Assembly (NCBI GenBank): GCA_038212275.1
Contig: JBBQUR010000003.1
Span: forward strand, 192,001-256,000
Length of the DNA: 64,000 bases
Source: Planctomycetota bacterium
GTDB lineage: Bacteria; Planctomycetota; B15-G4
Direction of reading: 5' to 3'
The position numbers were made by a program, and so were the translations under genes. This document shows, in pieces, positions 57,983-64,000 of the stretch. How positions within the stretch are numbered: position 1 is the first letter of the stretch; every line of letters starts with the position of its first letter. Under the pieces are notes generated by a model, which was given only the letters and a program-made list of their open reading frames with translations, was not told the DNA's origin and did not search any database.

Positions 57983-58870
57983 CTACTCCTTCCATTCCCA
58001 GGCCCAGAGGGCCTCGGGATCGTTGCTGTCGTATGCCGTGAGCGCGAGTGCGCCGGCTTCCTTCTCCCACGCCTTGAAGGCCTCGGCGGGCAGCACGTTC
58101 ACGGTGCCGTGCATCTGGTAGTGCGCGTAGCCGCACAGTTCCGCGCAGAGGATGTCGTAGCTGCCGGCGACGACGGGCTTGAACCACACCTGGTTGATCG
58201 CGCCGGGGTTGGCATCGCGCTTCACGCGCATGTCGGGCACGAAGAAGGAGTGGATCACGTCCTTGCTGGTGACGTTGAAGACGGCGGGGCGGTCCATCGG
58301 CAGCGTGAGCGTGTTGATGGTCACGATGTCGTCGGGCGTTCCGAACTTGCCGTCCTCGCCGGTCACGCGGAAGTTCCACGCCCACTGCTGGGCCAGGACC
58401 TCCACCTGGTAGGCGCCCTTCTCGACGTTCGGGATGTTCCACACGACCTCGCGCAGGTCCTTCATGGTCATCACGAGCACGGAGGCGTCGAGCACGAGGA
58501 ACACGATGACCGACACGATCGCCGTGAAGCGCTTGTCGTGCAGGCTGCTGCCCTCGTCGTAGTGGGCCTTGTGTCCGGGGCGCGCGCGGTCGCGCAGCAC
58601 CGGCACGATGAGCATCACCAGCACGATCAGGAAGCTCACGCTGATCATCGTGGTGATCAGCCAGAAGAGGCTGTCCACACGGCCGCCGTTGGCGCTCGCG
58701 GGGGCATTGGGGCCCCAGCGGTCGGCCAGTTCCTGCGCGGCGAGCGACGGCGCGCAGGCCAGCGCCAGCAGCGCAGTGAGCGTCGCCAGCCATGCACGCG
58801 CGGGCAGCCGGGAGCGACCCGTGCACCCGATGAGGAGAGAGTTCAAGGGTTTCACTCCGCTGGTGGTCAC
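57983..58870 (-). CDS. ctaC: Cytochrome c oxidase subunit II
   Basis: QQWAW, DVIHSF and the CuA motif CAELCGYAHYQM; GTGA overlap with the upstream cytochrome c. Confidence 0.94.
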   Translation of the reverse strand: MTTSGVKPLNSLLIGCTGRSRLPARAWLATLTALLALACAPSLAAQELADRWGPNAPASANGGRVDSLFWLITTMISVSFLIVLVMLIVPVLRDRARPGHKAHYDEGSSLHDKRFTAIVSVIVFLVLDASVLVMTMKDLREVVWNIPNVEKGAYQVEVLAQQWAWNFRVTGEDGKFGTPDDIVTINTLTLPMDRPAVFNVTSKDVIHSFFVPDMRVKRDANPGAINQVWFKPVVAGSYDILCAELCGYAHYQMHGTVNVLPAEAFKAWEKEAGALALTAYDSNDPEALWAWEWKE

Positions 58871-60003
58871 GGGGCTGCTCGCAGCGCGGCCATGAATGCG
58901 GCGCGCGCCGGCTTGTCCTTGTAGGTGTCCGTCAGGTGGCGCACGTAGTGAGCGATGGCCCACAGGTCTTCGTCGGGCATCGCGCCCTTCCAGGTCGGCA
59001 TGCCGGCGCCGCCGATGCCGGCCGCGATGGTCTGGTAGGCCTCCAGCGGATTGCCGCTGTAGCGCAGCGTCTGCCAGGTGAAGTCCGGCGCGAGGATCGC
59101 GACCTTGTAGCCGAGCACCTCGTAGCTGCTGTCCTTCTTGAGCTTCGGATACGTGACGTCGGCGGCGTAGGTCGTGGTCTTGTCCACGCCGCGGATCTCG
59201 TTGAGCTTCGCGGCGGTCACGTAGGCCGGGTGGCAGCCGTAGCACTGGTTCCGGTGATAGGCGATCTCGCCGGCCGCGATGCCCTGCGCTTCCTTGCCTT
59301 CCCACGGATCCGCTCCGGTCTCCACGACCGCGCCGATCTCGTTCACCGCGTCGCGCCAGCCTTCCTCTTCGGGCGAGAGCGACTTGATGTACTGCACGAT
59401 GTCGCGCAGGCGCTCCTCGGACACGGCCCACGGGTACATCGGGGTGCCGCCGAGGCCGTGGCGCACCAGCGTGACGAGCGCGTCGTCGTTGGGCAGCTTG
59501 TCCGAAGGCACTTTGGTGAACTTGAAGCTGCTCTGCTTGAAGCTGCGGGGCGGCGGGCGCAGGTGCTGCGCGGAGCGGCCGTAGCCGTCGCCCTCGAGCC
59601 CGTGGCAGCTGGAGCAGAACTGCACGAAGTCCTGCCGGCCGCGGGTGAGCACGTCGGCGGGCACGAGCTGCCAGTAGATCTCCTCGTCATCGTCCCAGGT
59701 GAACTCGCCGGTGGCGTCGGCCCAGTGTTCGCCGTCCTTGCGGAAGCGCTCGGGATGCGCGGCGGCCAGCGTCTCCACGAAGTCCTCGCCGGGCGAGACG
59801 AGCTTCGCGGGCTCCGTGATCACCAGCGGCACGTGCAGCGGCGCACGGGCGAAGAGTCCCACGGCCTGCTCGACCGGGGGATTGACTGTTTCGTGGTCGT
59901 CTTCGGAAAGGCTGCCTTGATGCTGCAGGCAGGCAGAGAGCGGGCCGGCCAGCCCCGCCAGCAGCAGCAGGGCCATGGCCGGGCGCAGAAGGCTTGGCGT
60001 CAT
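58867..60003 (-). CDS. Dihaem cytochrome c lipoprotein
   Basis: Lipobox LSAC; CSSCH..GTPM and CYGCH..GAGMP. Confidence 0.88.
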   Translation of the reverse strand: MTPSLLRPAMALLLLAGLAGPLSACLQHQGSLSEDDHETVNPPVEQAVGLFARAPLHVPLVITEPAKLVSPGEDFVETLAAAHPERFRKDGEHWADATGEFTWDDDEEIYWQLVPADVLTRGRQDFVQFCSSCHGLEGDGYGRSAQHLRPPPRSFKQSSFKFTKVPSDKLPNDDALVTLVRHGLGGTPMYPWAVSEERLRDIVQYIKSLSPEEEGWRDAVNEIGAVVETGADPWEGKEAQGIAAGEIAYHRNQCYGCHPAYVTAAKLNEIRGVDKTTTYAADVTYPKLKKDSSYEVLGYKVAILAPDFTWQTLRYSGNPLEAYQTIAAGIGGAGMPTWKGAMPDEDLWAIAHYVRHLTDTYKDKPARAAFMAALRAAP

Positions 60004-60187
60004 GAAAGCGCTTCCGTGGGAATGCGGGAGAGTCGAGGAGCGGGCGGCAGCAGGGCAGGTCTGGCGTGCCGCAAAGTGGCTGCCGGAACCACCGGGCATG
60101 AATGCTGCGGAGTCTAGATGAGGCGGACGGGCCGCCACAAGCGTGCTTCGCCGCTCGGAAGTCGGCTCGGCATCGCCAGTCAGCCGG

Positions 60188-61354
60188 TCAATCGTCGCGC
60201 GCGCGGCGCGGCCCGCCGTAGTGGTGTCTCGTGCCGTCGGGCGCCTCGATGCGCAGGCTGCCGGAGGTCCCGGGCGACACCCACGGGTAGTCCAGAGGCA
60301 CCTTGCCGTGCCCGCCCGGCACGTCGAGGAGGTAGTGCGGAAGCGCGTGTCCGGGCAGCGTGCCGCGCAGGGCGCGCAGCAGCGCCCGGCCCTGCTCCAC
60401 GGTGGTGCGCAGGTGCGAGGTGCCCGGCACGAGGTCCGCATGGTGCAGCGCATACGGTCGGATGCGCGCACCGACCAGAGCCCAGAGCAGCTCGCGGTGC
60501 ACGTCGGCGTCCGCATTGATGCCCGCCAGCAGCACGGACTGGTTGAGCACGCCGACGCCGCGGTCCACGAGGCGGCCGGCCGCCGCCACCGCCTGCGGCG
60601 TGACCTCTGCCGGATGATTGAAGTGCGCGACGACGAGCACCGGCGGCCGGATCGCGGCCAGGCCCGCGGCCAGTTCGTCGGTGATGCGGAACGGGTTGAC
60701 CACGGGCATGCGCGTGTGGATGCGCAGGGAGCGCAGGTGCGGGATGGCCGCGAGGCGGGCGAGCAGCGTCAGCAGCCTGCCGTCGGCCAGCGTGAGCGGA
60801 TCGCCGCCGGTGAGGATGACCTCGTGGATGCCGGGCCGCGCCGCGATGTACGCCAGCGCCGCGTCGAGTTCCGCAGCACTCACGGCGAAGTCGGGGTTGC
60901 CGACGAGCCGCTTGCGGAAGCAATGCCGGCAATGCACCGAGCAGACGGGCGTGGGGTAGAGCAGCACGCGGTCCGGGTAGCGGTGGGTGAGCGCGGCCAG
61001 CGGCCGCGTGTGCGCCTCTTCGTCGCCGATGGGGTCCTCGCGCTCCTCGGGCAGCAGCCGCGTCTCGCGCGGCGAAGGCACCGCCAGCGCCCAGATGGGG
61101 TCGTCCTCGCGGGCCTCCCGCGCCAGCGAGAGGTAGTAGGGCGTGGCGCGCATGCCGTAGAGCGCGATGGCGGCCTCGATGCCGGGCTGGTCCAGGCCTT
61201 CCAGCGCGAAGCGCCCCGGGAAGAGGCGCTCGATGTCCGCCAGCGAGGTCGCCGCATGCCGGTGCTGCCAGAGCCAGTCCTCGTGCCGGACGGGAAGCGT
61301 CGGTGCCGAGGCGGATCCGGGATCGTGGAGGGGGCCCTGCGTCATGCGGCGCAT
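60188..61354 (-). CDS. KamA-family radical SAM (lysine 2,3-aminomutase-like)
   Basis: THRYPDR, CSVHCRHCFRK, LTGGDPL, HFNHP, NQSVLL and GGHGK (PLP Lys). Confidence 0.9.
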   Translation of the reverse strand: MRRMTQGPLHDPGSASAPTLPVRHEDWLWQHRHAATSLADIERLFPGRFALEGLDQPGIEAAIALYGMRATPYYLSLAREAREDDPIWALAVPSPRETRLLPEEREDPIGDEEAHTRPLAALTHRYPDRVLLYPTPVCSVHCRHCFRKRLVGNPDFAVSAAELDAALAYIAARPGIHEVILTGGDPLTLADGRLLTLLARLAAIPHLRSLRIHTRMPVVNPFRITDELAAGLAAIRPPVLVVAHFNHPAEVTPQAVAAAGRLVDRGVGVLNQSVLLAGINADADVHRELLWALVGARIRPYALHHADLVPGTSHLRTTVEQGRALLRALRGTLPGHALPHYLLDVPGGHGKVPLDYPWVSPGTSGSLRIEAPDGTRHHYGGPRRARDD

Positions 61355-61367
61355 GGTAGCCGCGGCG

Positions 61368-62372
61368 TCAGTGCGCCTGCCCGTTCGTGATCACGACCTC
61401 CAGCAGCCGCTCGGCCTGCAGCCGGCCGGGACTCAGCAGCAGCTCCAGCTCGCTCGAGCCCGGGACGAGCGTGCTCCCTGCCTGGACGCCGAGGGCGATG
61501 CGCTTTCTCCCGTCGTCGCCGCCATGCACCGCGTCGGGCGCGCTCGCTGCGTCCGCGTTCCAATCCGGGACGATGGCCCAGTAGCCCGTGATGCGCTTCT
61601 CGTTGAGCCGCCGCTCGACTTCCAGGACCGGCACGGTGATGCGCGTGGCGGGGCCCGTGTCGAGACTCCGGTTGGCGGCCAGCACGCCCGACAGGCAGGC
61701 CAGCATCACGGCGGCGGGCAGCAGCATGGCCATGCCGGCGAGTTCCTTGTGCGAGGTGCTGCGGCCCGCGAAGGGCACGATGGCCGCGGCCAGCACCGCG
61801 AGTGCGATCGGCGCTGTCGCGAGCAGCGTCGGCAGCGCAAGCTCGGCCAGCTCTCCGTCCACGAGTTCGCGCGACCACTGCACGGTCGCCGCCAGCGAGA
61901 GGATGAACAGGGCTGCCGTGCCGGCCATCACGCCGACGAACAGGCGCGCCATGCCGGGCCGCTGCGGAAAGCTCCGCGACTCGAGCACTTCGCGGCTCTG
62001 TTCGTGCAATTCGCGCAGGTGAGTCTGCAGGGCCCGCTTGTGCTCCGGCTGCCGCAGCTTGCCGCGCTGGCCGGCACCCATGACCACGGCGAGACGCTTC
62101 GGCGACTGCGTGATCCACGTGCCTCCCAGGGCTTCCAGCGCCCTCACCGCGGCGCGGGTTGCGGGCTGTCGCAGGAGCGCCTCGCCGAATTCGACGTCGT
62201 CCGTCTCGAGTGTCCAGCGCGCGTCGAAGTCTCGGTCGAGGGAGAGCGGCCGGCGCACGAAGCCACGCTCCGTGAACCAGCGCGTGCCGCGCCCGATCGG
62301 CACGATCCGGAAGCGATGCGGACAGCCAGCCTCGATCCAGACCTGCTGAGCGTGATGCGATGCCGGAATCAT
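61368..62372 (-). CDS. Hypothetical membrane protein (about 3 TM)
   Basis: ATGA overlap with the Arc gene; hydrophobic segments; coding-like codon usage. Confidence 0.6.
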   Translation of the reverse strand: MIPASHHAQQVWIEAGCPHRFRIVPIGRGTRWFTERGFVRRPLSLDRDFDARWTLETDDVEFGEALLRQPATRAAVRALEALGGTWITQSPKRLAVVMGAGQRGKLRQPEHKRALQTHLRELHEQSREVLESRSFPQRPGMARLFVGVMAGTAALFILSLAATVQWSRELVDGELAELALPTLLATAPIALAVLAAAIVPFAGRSTSHKELAGMAMLLPAAVMLACLSGVLAANRSLDTGPATRITVPVLEVERRLNEKRITGYWAIVPDWNADAASAPDAVHGGDDGRKRIALGVQAGSTLVPGSSELELLLSPGRLQAERLLEVVITNGQAH

Positions 62373-62737
62373 GGAGAGTCTTCTTTCCTGCCGGCGCTCC
62401 GGCGGTGCCGGCGCACGGCGTCGCGCAGAAGGAATTCGAGATGTCCGTTCAGGCTGCGCAACTCCTGCCCGGACCACGCACGCAACTCGGCCATCAGGTC
62501 GGGAGGCAACCGCAGCAGGAAGGACTTGCGGCGCGCCGTGCCGCCGGACTCCTCCTCCGCGTCGGTCGCATGCGCCCCGTCCCGCGCTCGTCCGGCGCCG
62601 GCCGCCCCGGCGCCCACCTGCCCGCTACCTGCTGACCCGCTATCTGCTGACCCGGTGTCCGCCGGCCCGGCGCCGGGCGCGCGGGACGGCGGGATCGGGT
62701 CGGGCGGAAGGTCGGCGGGTGGGTGGGGGCCGGGCAC
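62369..62737 (-). CDS. Arc/ribbon-helix-helix DNA-binding protein
   Basis: RKSFLLRLPPDLMAELRAWSGQELRSLNGHLEFLLRDAV directly after the SPFH gene. Confidence 0.82.
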   Translation of the reverse strand: MPGPHPPADLPPDPIPPSRAPGAGPADTGSADSGSAGSGQVGAGAAGAGRARDGAHATDAEEESGGTARRKSFLLRLPPDLMAELRAWSGQELRSLNGHLEFLLRDAVRRHRRSAGRKEDSP

Positions 62738-62747
62738 GTCGGAGGGC

Positions 62748-63671
62748 TCAGGTGTACATGCTGCCGGTGTTCAGCACGGGCGTCGGCGCCGAGTGACCGC
62801 ACAGCACGACGAGCAGGTTGCCGACGAGTTGCGCCTTGTGACCGTCGTCCAGCTCCAGGATGTGCTTGGAGGAGAGGTCGGCCAGCGCGTGCTCGACCAT
62901 GCCCACGGCACCCTCCACGATGAGGCGCCGGGCCGCGATGATGGCCGCCGCCTGCTGCCGCTGCAGCATGGCCGAGGCGATTTCCGGCGCATACGCCAGG
63001 TGGCTGATGCGCGCCTCGAGCACCTCGATGCCGGCGCGGTCGAGCCGCTGCTGCAGCTCCGCCGTCAGCTCGGTGACGAGCTGCTCCGTGCTGCCGCGCA
63101 GGGAGAGCGCGCCCGGGTCGGCGTGTGATTCATCGTAGGGGTGCGTGCTGGCGAGGTGCCGCACGGCCGTCTCGATCTGCACGTCCACGTAGTTGGTGAA
63201 GTCCTCGACGTCGAAGGCCGCCTGCGCCGAGTCGCGCACCTGCCAGACCACGACGGCACCGATCTCGATCGGATTGCCGATGAGGTCGTTCACCTTGATG
63301 TTCTTGCTGGCGAGGTTGTGCGCCTTGAGCGAGATCTTCCGCTTCGTCGTGAACGGGTTGGTCCAGTAGAAGCCGTCGTCGCGGACGGTGCCGCGATAGC
63401 GGCCGAAGAGCACCAGCACGCGCGCGTTGTTGGGCGTGACGATGAAGAAGCCGACCGGCAGGATGACGAGCAGCAGCGCGCTCAGCAGGAAGAATCCGAC
63501 GAGCGCGCCGATCTCTGCGCCGTGGAGCTGCAGCCGCGTGTTGCCGAGCCACACGATCGTGGCGATCACGCCGGCCAGGTAGAGCGGAAGCGAGATCAGC
63601 ATCAGCCAGCCCGAGACGGCTGGAAAACGGACCTCGCGCGAGGCTTCGCGGCGGGGAGCAGGACTGGACAT
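62748..63671 (-). CDS. SPFH/band 7 domain membrane protein
   Basis: Two TM helices, LFGRYRGT, KVNDLIGNPIEI and HLAYAPEIASAMLQRQQA. Confidence 0.92.
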   Translation of the reverse strand: MSSPAPRREASREVRFPAVSGWLMLISLPLYLAGVIATIVWLGNTRLQLHGAEIGALVGFFLLSALLLVILPVGFFIVTPNNARVLVLFGRYRGTVRDDGFYWTNPFTTKRKISLKAHNLASKNIKVNDLIGNPIEIGAVVVWQVRDSAQAAFDVEDFTNYVDVQIETAVRHLASTHPYDESHADPGALSLRGSTEQLVTELTAELQQRLDRAGIEVLEARISHLAYAPEIASAMLQRQQAAAIIAARRLIVEGAVGMVEHALADLSSKHILELDDGHKAQLVGNLLVVLCGHSAPTPVLNTGSMYT

Positions 63672-63704
63672 TGGCTCGGTTCCTCGAAGAGAAGTGAAGA
63701 GATC

Positions 63705-63726
63705 AAAGTGATATCACATCGCTATC
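63705..63726 (-). promoter_or_regulatory. Putative operator for the Arc protein
   Basis: Perfect palindrome GTGATATCAC (63708-63717) plus a degenerate neighbouring copy (GATAGC on the minus strand), in an AT-rich patch ~40 bp before the SPFH start. Confidence 0.55.
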
Positions 63727-63919
63727 GTCCGCCAAGCCCCTGTGTCGGCGCCCGCTCGCGCGGACAAGCGGCTGGAATACCAGCTGCATGCCCGAAAACG
63801 GCCAGCAAAGGCCAGATCCCTGCGTGGCAGAGCGGGACCTGGTTGGAGCGTGGCGGGAGCATGGCGGCTGGAAGGGGGCTCCCGTGGAGGCGAGCCGGGC
63901 CGGCCGCGGCGCGGCCCGC

Positions 63920-64000
63920 ATCCAGCCGCCCCGATTCAGCCGCCCCTATCCCGCCGCCCCGATTCAGCCGCCCCTATTCAGCCATCCCTATTCAGCCATC
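63920..64000. repeat. Degenerate ~13-14 bp tandem repeat running off the window
   Basis: About six variants of ATTCAGCCGCCCC(T/G). Confidence 0.8.

Overview
A very GC-rich bacterial chromosomal window made mostly of housekeeping, envelope and redox genes. The gene style suggests Planctomycetota, but this is inference only. About 45 CDSs and two tRNAs (Gly-CCC and Met-CAT) are supportable. Recognisable blocks are bfr-peroxiredoxin-phosphatases, ECF sigma-TPR-AsmA-like, ispDF/ruvC, a cusCBA-type efflux operon, a sulfatase-arsS-glycosyltransferase-methyltransferase cluster, mdh with a coupled AceE-like E1, a cytochrome c oxidase operon led by a dihaem lipoprotein cytochrome c, KamA, and SPFH-Arc. 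The strongest novelty is missing from the ORF track because it runs off the left edge: one uninterrupted minus-strand frame fuses an HD-family dGTPase to an RNase III domain, with catalytic residues intact in both. Other notable items are several further domain fusions, a ~780-bp element with nested inverted repeats, an orphan YfhO C-terminal relic, a SCO-like protein lacking its Cu ligands, a tRNA-Met with C33, and many short tandem micro-duplications. I saw no CRISPR array, integrase or transposase. Many start codons are best guesses.
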